From contig CAMOXK010000001.1 of the NCBI GenBank assembly GCA_946629065.1, positions 19,054 to 83,053 of the forward strand: a stretch of 64,000 bases of DNA, written 5' to 3'. This document shows, one piece after another, positions 1 to 8,472 of the stretch (position 1 is its first letter; the number at the start of each line of letters is the position of its first letter). The notes beneath the pieces are model-generated. The model was not told the origin of the DNA, did not search any database, and saw only the letters and a program-made list of their open reading frames with translations. Source of the stretch: an uncultured Clostridia bacterium. GTDB taxonomy: Bacteria > Bacillota > Clostridia > Oscillospirales > Oscillospiraceae. A program made the translations under genes and the position numbers.

Positions 1-457
1 CGTTGTGGGTGCTTTGGCTTATACCTTCTTTTATCACGTGGAAGGCTTCAAGAAGCTGCAGGTCTTTATCATGATCACCCAGGCCGTGGCTATGCTGTGC
101 TACATTGTGTATCCCAGTATCCAGAATTTGCGACCGGAGCAGTTTCCGAGGCAAAACATCCTTACCTGGTTCATGGGGATCATCTATGCCTTTGACACGC
201 CGACGGGTGTTTTTCCCTCGCTGCACGTGGCCTATTCCATGGGGATCGTCTCGGTATCGCTGAAGGATAAAGAGCTTCCGGCGGGTTGGAAGATCTTTAT
301 CGTGTTTTTTGCGATCATGGTTTGCTTTGCAGTCAGCTTTGTGAAGCAGCACTCCGCGCTGGACGTGATTGCGGCTTTGCCGGTGTGTCTGCTGGCAGAA
401 GCGCTGGTTTACGGAAAAGACTACTGGCTCCCCAGATTCCGGAATCAGCAGGCATGA
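1..457 (+). CDS. PAP2-superfamily membrane phosphatase, C-terminal part (5' end outside window)
   Basis: The frame of track ORF 5..457 stays open to the window edge. The product is a hydrophobic multi-TM protein with the three PAP2 motifs in order (NLRP, PSLH, KQHSALD). Confidence 0.7.
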   Translation, partial: VVGALAYTFFYHVEGFKKLQVFIMITQAVAMLCYIVYPSIQNLRPEQFPRQNILTWFMGIIYAFDTPTGVFPSLHVAYSMGIVSVSLKDKELPAGWKIFIVFFAIMVCFAVSFVKQHSALDVIAALPVCLLAEALVYGKDYWLPRFRNQQA

Positions 458-495
458 AAAAATCTGGAACACCAAAACGGTGTTCCAGATTTTTT
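456..495. terminator. Bidirectional rho-independent terminator between convergent PAP2 and pfk genes
   Basis: 12-bp stem atctggaacacc / ggtgttccagat (462-473 / 479-490), flanked by an A-run upstream and a T-run downstream. Confidence 0.8.
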
Positions 496-509
496 CAATT
501 TAACAGGTT

Positions 510-1751
510 TTACTTGGCCAGGACCTTTTTCAGTCTGGCATAGCGGGGGAGGGAGTGCTCCAGCGGCAGCTTGGGCTCACCCTGAATGAGGGGCAGAACG
601 TAGTCGATGAACTCATGCTTCAGACCGTTGTGCTCGTCGTTGATCCATTCCAGAGGGACCTTCTTCTCGTAGTTTGCCACGTCGGTGAGGGGGATCAGGA
701 CCAGCTTGCAGTGGTAATCACCATCAATGGTTTCGCGCTGGAAAGCAACCATCTTGCCGGTAACGCCGCTGACTGCCTGCCGAACGGCTTCCATGCCGGA
801 GGCGCAGGCTTCTTCAATATCCGTCTCGGAAGCAAGGTGGGCGCCGCAGCGCTGCAGCAGGCTCAGCTCGATGCCACGAACCTTGGCACCGGTACGCTCT
901 TTCACGATTTCTGCAAGCATGGAGGCCAGACCACCAAGCTGCGCATGACCGAAGCCGTCAGTAGCGGAGGTCTTTGCCTCAGAAACGAAGCTGCCATCAG
1001 CATAATGGATGCCTTCGGAGACGGCGACCAGGACCTTGCCGTTCTTCTTGTAGATCTTCTCCACGTCGCTCAGGAACTTATCCATATCGAAATCGACCTC
1101 AGGCAGATAGATCAGATCCGGACCGGAGCCGAACTCGGTAGCCAGGGCGGCGCTGCCGGCCAGCCAGCCTGCGTGACGACCCATGATCTCCACGATGGTG
1201 ATCATGCCGTTGTCATAAACGCGGGCGTCCTTGTTGATCTCCATGCAGGAAGTGGCAATATACTTGGCAGCGCTGGCAAAGCCGGGGCAGTGGTCAGTGC
1301 CGTAGAGGTCGTTGTCGATGGTCTTGGGAACGCCCATGACACGGCATTCATAGTCGGCAGACTCCATAAAACGGCTGATTTTGTTGCAGGTATCCATGGA
1401 ATCGTTGCCGCCGTTATAGAAGAAGTAACGAACATTGTACTTCTTGAAGATCTCCAGGATCCGCTTATAATCGGTGTCATCGACCTCGGGATCGGCCATC
1501 TTATAGCGGCAGGAGCCAAGAGCAGAAGAGGGGGTGTGGAGCAGAAGACGCAGCTCCTCGGGATCCTCTTCATCCATGACAAACAGGCGATCGTCCAGTA
1601 CGCCTTTGATACCGTGCTCGGCACCATAGACCTTGGTGATTTCTTCGGCATCCAGTGCAGCGCGGATCACGCCATAAGCACTGGCGTTGATAACGGCGGT
1701 GGGGCCGCCGGACTGTCCAAAGATTGCTGCGCCGATCAGTTTTTCGCTCAT
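510..1751 (-). CDS. pfp: 6-phosphofructokinase, pyrophosphate-dependent type
   Basis: 413-aa ORF with PFK motifs GQSGGPTAVINAS, GGNDS and PKTIDND. It has Asp and Lys where ATP-dependent enzymes have Gly (GGDGS / PGTIDND). GGAGGA SD lies 8 nt before the ATG. Confidence 0.9.
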   Translation of the reverse strand: MSEKLIGAAIFGQSGGPTAVINASAYGVIRAALDAEEITKVYGAEHGIKGVLDDRLFVMDEEDPEELRLLLHTPSSALGSCRYKMADPEVDDTDYKRILEIFKKYNVRYFFYNGGNDSMDTCNKISRFMESADYECRVMGVPKTIDNDLYGTDHCPGFASAAKYIATSCMEINKDARVYDNGMITIVEIMGRHAGWLAGSAALATEFGSGPDLIYLPEVDFDMDKFLSDVEKIYKKNGKVLVAVSEGIHYADGSFVSEAKTSATDGFGHAQLGGLASMLAEIVKERTGAKVRGIELSLLQRCGAHLASETDIEEACASGMEAVRQAVSGVTGKMVAFQRETIDGDYHCKLVLIPLTDVANYEKKVPLEWINDEHNGLKHEFIDYVLPLIQGEPKLPLEHSLPRYARLKKVLAK

Positions 1752-1806
1752 GTATGATTTCCTCCAGTTTAACTAAAAAATTTTGCATATTTGTGAAAGG
1801 TGCTTC

Positions 1807-1835
1807 TTGATTCTGGCATGGAATGAGAATATAAT
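1807..1835 (+). promoter_or_regulatory. Sigma-A type promoter for fba
   Basis: TTGATT (1807-1812), 17-nt spacer, TATAAT (1830-1835), about 60 nt upstream of the fba start. Confidence 0.6.
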
Positions 1836-1893
1836 AGAAAAGCAAATTTGTAAATATGCTATTTGTACAAAAAATTTGATAAGGAGAACAACT

Positions 1894-2862
1894 ATGGCAC
1901 TTGTTACTACAAAAGAAATGTTTGCGAAGGCCTATGACGGCGGCTATGCCATCGGCGCATTCAACGTGAACAACATGGAAATCGTCCAGGGTATCACCGA
2001 GGCTGCCGGTGAGCTGAAGAGCCCCGTCATCCTGCAGGTTTCCAAGGGCGCACGCGCTTATGCCAACCACACCTATCTGGTGAAGCTGGTGGAGGCTGCC
2101 GTGGAAGAGAATCCCGAGATCCCCATCGCACTGCATCTGGACCATGGTGATACCTTTGAACTGTGCAAGAACTGCATCGACGGCGGCTTTACCTCCGTTA
2201 TGATCGACGCTTCCTCCAAGTCCTTCGAGGACAACATCGCCCTGACCCGTCAGGTCGTAGAGTATGCTCACGATCACGGTGTTGTGGTCGAGGCTGAACT
2301 GGGCACCCTGGCCGGCGTGGAGGACGAGGTCAACGTGGAGCACGGCAAAGAGAGCTACACCCATCCCGAGGAAGTGGAAGAGTTTGTCTCCCGCACCGGC
2401 TGCGACTCTCTGGCTATCGCTATCGGCACCTCTCACGGCGCCTACAAGTTCAAGGCTTCCCAGTGCACCCGCAATGCCGAGGGCATCCTGGTCCCGCCCC
2501 CGCTTCGCTTTGACGTACTGCATGAGTGCATCAAGCGCCTGCCCGGTTTCCCCATCGTTCTGCACGGTTCTTCCTCCGTGCCTCAGGAGTTCGTGAAGAT
2601 GGTCAACCAGTACGGCGGCAATATGCCCGACGCCATCGGCATCCCCGAGGATCAGCTCCGTGAGGCCGCGAAGCTGGCTGTCTGCAAGATCAATATCGAC
2701 TCCGATATCCGTCTTGCCATGACCGGCACTATCCGCAAGTACTTCGCCGAGCATCCCGATCACTTCGACCCGCGCCAGTATCTGAAGCCCGCCCGTCAGG
2801 CGGTGAAGGACATGGTCGCCCACAAGATCGTCCATGTTCTGGGCTCCGATGGCAAGGCCTGA
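1894..2862 (+). CDS. fba: Class II fructose-1,6-bisphosphate aldolase
   Basis: MALVTTKEMFAKAYDGGYAIGAFNVNNME.., HLDHG and GTSHGAYKF motifs. Start moved from track 1783 to ATG 1894, which has an AAGGAGA SD at 1881-1887. Confidence 0.92.
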   Translation: MALVTTKEMFAKAYDGGYAIGAFNVNNMEIVQGITEAAGELKSPVILQVSKGARAYANHTYLVKLVEAAVEENPEIPIALHLDHGDTFELCKNCIDGGFTSVMIDASSKSFEDNIALTRQVVEYAHDHGVVVEAELGTLAGVEDEVNVEHGKESYTHPEEVEEFVSRTGCDSLAIAIGTSHGAYKFKASQCTRNAEGILVPPPLRFDVLHECIKRLPGFPIVLHGSSSVPQEFVKMVNQYGGNMPDAIGIPEDQLREAAKLAVCKINIDSDIRLAMTGTIRKYFAEHPDHFDPRQYLKPARQAVKDMVAHKIVHVLGSDGKA

Positions 2863-2913
2863 TCGATCTTTTTCCCGCAAGTTTTAGAAAGATAATTCTT
2901 GGAGGTGGCTGGT

Positions 2914-4569
2914 ATGAGCCCGATAAACGAACGCCCGAGGTTTGCGGTTAAGAGCAGCAGTGCAGCCGCAGGCTCTCCTGATATGATCTTGATCGGACGC
3001 CTGATCCTTGCGGCTGTCCTCCTGATCCTGGGCGCGTTTGTGATCAAAATCCAGGTCGTGAGAGTCATTCTGCTGGTCCTGTCTGCGATTGCATCCGCCT
3101 TTGATCTGGGGCTGAAAGCCTTTGACAGCGTTCTGGAGAAAGATTATTTTTCTGCGCCTATCCTGGTCTTGTTCATTGCGTTCGTTTCCTTCCTGATCGG
3201 TTATCCCACGGAAGGTGCGGCGATGCTTCTCCTCTATCAGCTGAGCATTTTGGTTGTGGAGTATGCGCGCAAACGGACCCGCAGTGCCGCGCTGGATCTG
3301 CTCAAAGGAGAGAGCAATGAGATCCTTGACCAGGCAGGGGAGATGTTCGCCGCGGATGACGCCGGAAAACTGCAGATGGAAGCTGACGCTTTCCGCAGCG
3401 CCGATCTGCTGCTGAAGATCGCCATGGCCATTGCGGTGGTCTATATCTTCCTGCTGCCAAGGCTCGGCGACTATACCTACGGTGTGGCGATCCACAGAGC
3501 ATTGATGATCATGATGACGGCGATCCCGGCTTCCGTGGTCGTTGCGATGCCTTTCACCGCACTGGTTGGTCTTTGCTTCGGCGCAAGAAACGGCATTCTG
3601 TTTCGCAACGGGATGGTGATGGAGAAAACGGCGGAAACCAATGTAGTCGTTTTCGACAAGGCAGGTATTTTCGCCTCCGGTGCGCCAGAACTCCAGAGTG
3701 TGCGTTCTGACGTTTTGGACAGAAAGACTTTCATGAGCTTTGTGGCCCATGCAGTGTACTACTCCGAGCAGGCCTTTGCCAAAGCGATCCCCGCGCTGAG
3801 CGAGCAGGACTATAAGCTGGAAGTGATCAGCGATTTCGTTGACGTTCCCGGCTGCGGTGTTGAGGTCAAGATCGGCGGATCTCCCGTGATTCTGGCCACC
3901 GATGATTACCTCACTGCCAGAGGTGTGGCTGTTCCGGAAGCGGAAGAAGATGGGGAGGTCTATTACCTCACAGTTTCCGGGCGCTATGTTGGGTACCTTG
4001 TCTTCACCTCTCAGACCAATGATATCGGCCTGGAACTGCTGGACGGTGTTCGCGACGTAGGTGTGCGCGAAGCTGTTCTTCTGACGGAAGACGGGGCAGG
4101 GGAGAGCCAGAAGTTTGCGGATAAGCTTGGTTTTGACGAAGTTTTCGGTGAATGTGACACCGAGCGCAAGCTCCAGCACATCGAAGATCTGAACCAGGGA
4201 ACCAGGAACCATGTGATGTTCCTGTATTCCAACGGCCTTGAGATGCACAGTGCCGCGGATGTGGACGTGCGTTTCAGCCAGAAAACCAAGTTTGCCGATG
4301 TGGTGATCCCGCCGGAGAAGGCAAACGCGCTTCCTTTTGCTGTACAGCTTTCCCGTCGGATGTGCCAGGTAGCTAAGGAAAATGCAATCTTCGTTTTTGC
4401 TGTTAAAGCGCTGATGATTTTCCTCAGTATGCTTGGACTCAGCAGCATTTGGTTCGTGCTGTTTATGGATTCCGCGGCTGTGCTGGCCACGCTGCTCAAT
4501 GCCATCCGTGTCACCAAAGATCCTCTGATCGATACAAGCAGATTTGCCCCTTCCAAAGACGAATTTTGA
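2914..4569 (+). CDS. P1B-type ATPase-like membrane protein with degenerate catalytic motifs
   Basis: Collinear with heavy-metal P-type ATPases (TM bundle, P- and N-domain-like regions) but reads DKAGIFA instead of DKTGT. Start at ATG 2914 with GGAGG SD at 2901-2905. See finding. Confidence 0.8.
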   Translation: MSPINERPRFAVKSSSAAAGSPDMILIGRLILAAVLLILGAFVIKIQVVRVILLVLSAIASAFDLGLKAFDSVLEKDYFSAPILVLFIAFVSFLIGYPTEGAAMLLLYQLSILVVEYARKRTRSAALDLLKGESNEILDQAGEMFAADDAGKLQMEADAFRSADLLLKIAMAIAVVYIFLLPRLGDYTYGVAIHRALMIMMTAIPASVVVAMPFTALVGLCFGARNGILFRNGMVMEKTAETNVVVFDKAGIFASGAPELQSVRSDVLDRKTFMSFVAHAVYYSEQAFAKAIPALSEQDYKLEVISDFVDVPGCGVEVKIGGSPVILATDDYLTARGVAVPEAEEDGEVYYLTVSGRYVGYLVFTSQTNDIGLELLDGVRDVGVREAVLLTEDGAGESQKFADKLGFDEVFGECDTERKLQHIEDLNQGTRNHVMFLYSNGLEMHSAADVDVRFSQKTKFADVVIPPEKANALPFAVQLSRRMCQVAKENAIFVFAVKALMIFLSMLGLSSIWFVLFMDSAAVLATLLNAIRVTKDPLIDTSRFAPSKDEF

Positions 4570-4588
4570 TCTTAACCCAGTGCTTCTG

Positions 4589-4623
4589 AAACAGGCTTCC
4601 ATTGGATGGAAGCCTGTTTTTTT
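4589..4623 (+). terminator. Rho-independent terminator after the ATPase-like gene
   Basis: 13-bp stem aaacaggcttcca / tggaagcctgttt followed by a 7-nt T-run. Confidence 0.85.
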
Positions 4624-5076
4624 AGAATAGGGTTACAAACTGAAGAAAACGGGCGAAATCAGAACATTTCAGGTGAGAATCAGCACCAAATATGAGTTTT
4701 CTGTCGAATTTCTATATAAAATTCAAGGAGATCTGAATGTACGTTAATTCCATAACAATTCAAAATCCTGCTATAGCGCAATAGCGATAAACATTCCGTG
4801 GAAGACAGTCCGTTATGATTTTCCCCGTGGGGGATGAGATTCTGTGCCGTGTTAACTTGGAGCAGATTCACATGAAATAATCGTAGCTTACCGACAATGT
4901 TCGTGGATCATAGCTCAATAAAGGGAGCGTTCATGCAGGCGACAGCTGTAATGGGAAATAGTGAGCAATCACAGGAATTACGCTTCAAGCTGAATGCAGT
5001 CTAGTGAAGAAGCGAATGAGCAGATCCCCGGATTTAATTGATTTACGAAATTGGCGGCATAAGCGGTAAATGATGA

Positions 5077-5105
5077 TTGACAAATGACAGAATCTTTTCT
5101 ATACT
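5077..5105 (+). promoter_or_regulatory. Near-consensus sigma-A promoter upstream of the recombinase gene
   Basis: TTGACA (5077-5082), 17-nt spacer, TATACT (5100-5105). A 6-bp hairpin acgggg..ccccgt follows in the ~100-nt leader. Confidence 0.6.
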
Positions 5106-5213
5106 AATACCAACGGGGAAGTATTAACAGCCCCGTAACGAAATAGTTGCAAAATATCGCATAATATTAATTTAGCGAGATTTAATATGTGATTTTCCAT
5201 GGAGGAATCGTTT

Positions 5214-6203
5214 ATGAAGCTGGATGAACTCAATGATGTACCGGACATTGTGCTGGAGTTTCTGGAATACCACTCTACGGTACGCGGCCACTCGGATCGA
5301 ACTGTGATGGCCTATTATCTGGATCTGAAGATTTTACTGCGTTTCTTGAAACGAAGACGGCATCTGGTAGATCGCAGCGTTCCTTTTGATGAGATCGATA
5401 TTACAGATGTGGATCTGGATTTCATCAAAGCGATTAAAATTGAGGAGCTTTACCGATATCAGTCCTTTTCCCCGGAATCGGATCAATCCCTGTCTGCAGC
5501 CAGTAGATGCCGCCGTACATCCACGGTAAAATCCTTTTTTCAATACCTTACCGCCAAACGGCATCTTTTGGACCGGAATATCACTCTGGAGCTTGACATG
5601 CCAAAGCGTCAGGCCAGTTTACCGCGTTACCTGGAAGAATCGGAATGTGAACGGCTGCTTGCTGCTTGCGAAGGCCCCTATGCGCTTCGGGACTATGCCA
5701 TCCTGATGCTCTTTATCAGCTGCGGACTGCGGGTTTCGGAATTGGTTGGACTCAATGTAACGGATGTGTATGAGGACCATGTACGAGTCCTTGGCAAAGG
5801 CAACAAAGAACGCGTGGTGTATTTCGGCGAAGGCTGCCGGGAAGCGATCGACGACTATTTAATGGTGAGAAATGTTGAGAAAGTACGTGAAATAGATAAA
5901 AACGCGCTATTTATCAGCCAAAAAAATTGCCGTTTCGGCGTTAGAGGCGTGCAGCAAATGGTTGAGAAAAAACTGCTTGAAGCCGGCTTGGACGCATCTC
6001 GTTATTCCCCTCACAAGCTGCGGCACACAGCGGCAACATTGATGCTGAAAAACGGAGTCGATACCAGAGCGCTTCAGGAGGTTTTGGGCCACAGCAACCT
6101 GAATACCACGCAGATTTACACGCACCTGGACAATGCCTCGCTCCATGAGGCAGCTATGGCCAATCCTATTGGCCGGAAAACGAGAAAAGAACGGGAAGAA
6201 TAA
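5214..6203 (+). CDS. Site-specific tyrosine recombinase, XerC/XerD-like
   Basis: N-terminal SAM-like domain plus catalytic region with RVSELVGL, HKLRHTAAT and LGHSNLNTTQIYTH (R..HxxR..Y pattern). ATG 5214 is preceded by a GGAGGA SD. By eye the GC content is lower than in neighbouring genes. Confidence 0.85.
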   Translation: MKLDELNDVPDIVLEFLEYHSTVRGHSDRTVMAYYLDLKILLRFLKRRRHLVDRSVPFDEIDITDVDLDFIKAIKIEELYRYQSFSPESDQSLSAASRCRRTSTVKSFFQYLTAKRHLLDRNITLELDMPKRQASLPRYLEESECERLLAACEGPYALRDYAILMLFISCGLRVSELVGLNVTDVYEDHVRVLGKGNKERVVYFGEGCREAIDDYLMVRNVEKVREIDKNALFISQKNCRFGVRGVQQMVEKKLLEAGLDASRYSPHKLRHTAATLMLKNGVDTRALQEVLGHSNLNTTQIYTHLDNASLHEAAMANPIGRKTRKEREE

Positions 6204-6229
6204 GCTGTCCCCTTCCGTCGTAATAAAAC

Positions 6230-6273
6230 ATATGCAGGATAACCGAAAAAAGATTGTCGGATATCCTGCATAT
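6230..6273. terminator. Bidirectional hairpin between convergent recombinase and radA genes
   Basis: Arms atatgcaggata / tatcctgcatat (12 bp) extended by inner ccga/tcgg pairs, in an AT-rich context. Confidence 0.6.
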
Positions 6274-6304
6274 TATTATTCAGCAGATTGTGAAATAATT
6301 CACA

Positions 6305-7684
6305 TTATGTTCTCTCTGCCGACCGCTTTCCCAACACCGAGCCAACAGCCTCGCTGATGTTCTTCACTGGAATGAGTTTTAGGTTATCAGGGCAGCGGAT
6401 CTCGTTGCGAACGTGGGCCGGGATCACACAGCGCTGAAAACCAAGACGCGCGATTTCGGAGAGCCTCTGGTTCAGATTACTGACGCTTCGGATCTCCCCT
6501 GCCAGGCCGATTTCTCCGATAGCGGCCAGATCGGCTCCCAAAGGACGGTCCAGATAGCTGGAAGCGACTGCCAACGCCGTGGCCAGGTCAGCGGCCGGTT
6601 CCTCCAGTGTGAGTCCGCCAACAACATTGATATAGGCGTCACAGTTTCCCACCGGAATCCCTCCACGCTTTTCCAACACAGCCAGCAGCATGGCAGCCCG
6701 ATTATAGTCAATGCCGTTGCTGCGGCGGGCTGCATTATAGCCGGTGGGTGTCACCAAGGCCTGTACTTCCGCCAGAATGGGACGGGTACCTTCGATGACG
6801 CAGGCAACACAGGTCCCAGGACTGTTGGAAGGTCTGCCGGAAAGGAGCAGCTCGGAGGGATTTTCCACACAGCGTAGACCTCCTTCGTTCATTTCAAACA
6901 CACCGATCTCGTTTGTGGATCCAAAGCGGTTCTTGGCGGCCCGCAAAATCCGGAAGCTGGTGCTGCGTTCACCTTCGAAATAGAGCACACAGTCCACCAT
7001 ATGCTCCAGTACTTTAGGTCCGGCAATGCTGCCCTCCTTGGTGATATGACCGACCACAAACACGGTGGTCCCCTTCTCCTTGGCAAGGCGCATGAGACGC
7101 ATGGTGCACTCCCGCACCTGGGTGACGCTGCCGGGGGCGGAATCCGATTCGGCGCTGGATACAGTTTGGATGGAGTCCAGGATGAGCAGCTCCGGTTTGA
7201 GATCCTCGACCACGGTCAGGATACTATCCAATTCTGTCTCTGCCAGAACATAAAGCTCCTCGTTTTCCACACCGAGACGCTGCGCTCTCAGTTTGAGTTG
7301 ACGCTCGCTCTCCTCTGCTGTGACGTAGAGGATCGTTCGATTCTGCTCCATAGTGGCGCACATCTGCAGGAGCAGTGTAGATTTGCCGATGCCTGGGGCG
7401 CCGCCCACCAGATTCAATGAGCCAAGGACAGCGCCTCCGCCCAGGACTCGATCAAATTCTGAAATGCCGGTGGCGAAACGGTTTTCCGCCTCCGTGTCCA
7501 GCTGGGACATTTTCTTCGCTTTGGGAAGAGAGCGCCGGGAATCGGCGCGGAATCCGGGCTTATCATCCAGCGACAGCTCCTTCATACTGTTCCAGCTGCC
7601 GCAGGAAGGACACTTCCCTGCCCAGTTTGCAGTCTCATAACCGCACTCGGCACAGACATATACCGTTTTCTTTTTGTTGGCCAT
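6305..7684 (-). CDS. radA: DNA repair protein RadA (Sms)
   Basis: N-terminal zinc ribbon CAECGYETANWAGKCPSCGSW, Walker A GAPGIGKST, KNRFG motif and a Lon-like C-terminal domain. Confidence 0.95.
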   Translation of the reverse strand: MANKKKTVYVCAECGYETANWAGKCPSCGSWNSMKELSLDDKPGFRADSRRSLPKAKKMSQLDTEAENRFATGISEFDRVLGGGAVLGSLNLVGGAPGIGKSTLLLQMCATMEQNRTILYVTAEESERQLKLRAQRLGVENEELYVLAETELDSILTVVEDLKPELLILDSIQTVSSAESDSAPGSVTQVRECTMRLMRLAKEKGTTVFVVGHITKEGSIAGPKVLEHMVDCVLYFEGERSTSFRILRAAKNRFGSTNEIGVFEMNEGGLRCVENPSELLLSGRPSNSPGTCVACVIEGTRPILAEVQALVTPTGYNAARRSNGIDYNRAAMLLAVLEKRGGIPVGNCDAYINVVGGLTLEEPAADLATALAVASSYLDRPLGADLAAIGEIGLAGEIRSVSNLNQRLSEIARLGFQRCVIPAHVRNEIRCPDNLKLIPVKNISEAVGSVLGKRSAERT

Positions 7685-7702
7685 ATCATTCTCCCAGTCC
7701 CG

Positions 7703-8437
7703 TTAAATGCGGGATGTATCGGTAAATTGCAGATAAGAACCCATCAAGGCGGCAGCGAGGCTGCTTTGATAGCGGCCATCGCAAAGGCGCTGCAGGTCAG
7801 ACAGATTGGATAGGAAACCGCATTCCACCAGAATCACGGGACAGTTTACATGAGAGGTAAGGAACAGCTCCTTCGGCGCCGGCGCCGCGACTCGTCGATT
7901 TTCAGGCTGAATCCCATTGATCAGGTTCCGGTGAGTCAGTTCTCCAAGCCGGCGGCTTTCCGCATCCGGTCCATACAGGATTTGCGCGCCGCTGGGCTGC
8001 GAGGTAGGAAACGTGTTCTGGTGAATGCTGAAAAGGATGCAGGAGGATAAACTGTTGGCAAGATCGGCACGATAGACCAAATCCTCGTGTTCACTGTAGC
8101 TTGCAGTGTCGGTCCGGGGACTGTCATCTTGACGGGTCATGACTGCCGAAAGGCCGTAAAAAGCGGCAAGATCCTGCATCTTCAAGGCAATGGACAGATT
8201 CAGATCGCTTTCTTTCACGCCATTGTAGGCGATGGCGCCTCCGTCGTAGCCGCCATGGCCGGGATCGATCAGCAGGACCGGCCGTTTCAGCTCAGCCAGA
8301 GCCGGTTCCCTCTCCGGAAGCATCCACCTGGCGAAATACAATGAGCCAATCAAAAGCAGAACTGAACTGAGGACGGCAAGGATGCGCTGTCGACGAAAAG
8401 GCACTTCCCTCTGGCGTACCGGGCTCTTCATTTCCAT
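7703..8437 (-). CDS. N-acetylmuramoyl-L-alanine amidase (Amidase_3), CwlD-like
   Basis: N-terminal TM helix then LLIDPGHGGYDGGA..ESDLNL motifs. Start moved to MEMKSPV (8437), which lies behind a GGGAGGAG SD. It sits directly downstream of spoIVA. Confidence 0.8.
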   Translation of the reverse strand: MEMKSPVRQREVPFRRQRILAVLSSVLLLIGSLYFARWMLPEREPALAELKRPVLLIDPGHGGYDGGAIAYNGVKESDLNLSIALKMQDLAAFYGLSAVMTRQDDSPRTDTASYSEHEDLVYRADLANSLSSCILFSIHQNTFPTSQPSGAQILYGPDAESRRLGELTHRNLINGIQPENRRVAAPAPKELFLTSHVNCPVILVECGFLSNLSDLQRLCDGRYQSSLAAALMGSYLQFTDTSRI

Positions 8438-8472
8438 TATATCGTCTCCTCCCTGGGAAGTCAAAGGGAAGA

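Noticed and set aside
555-4602. Long ORFs 555..1757 (+), 1570..2880 (-) and 2884..4602 (-)
   Set aside because: Each lies antisense to a well-supported gene (pfp, fba, the ATPase-like gene). They have no motifs, and their composition is skewed in the way expected for antisense frames.
4680-5004. Short frames in the AT-rich spacer: 4680..4871 (-, 63 aa, GTG start), 4736..4783 (+, 15 aa) and 4933..5004 (+, 23 aa, both with AAGGAG-like SD)
   Set aside because: They are too short and compositionally unremarkable to call. No recognisable family, TM segment or toxin-like pattern is present. They may be remnants of degraded genes.
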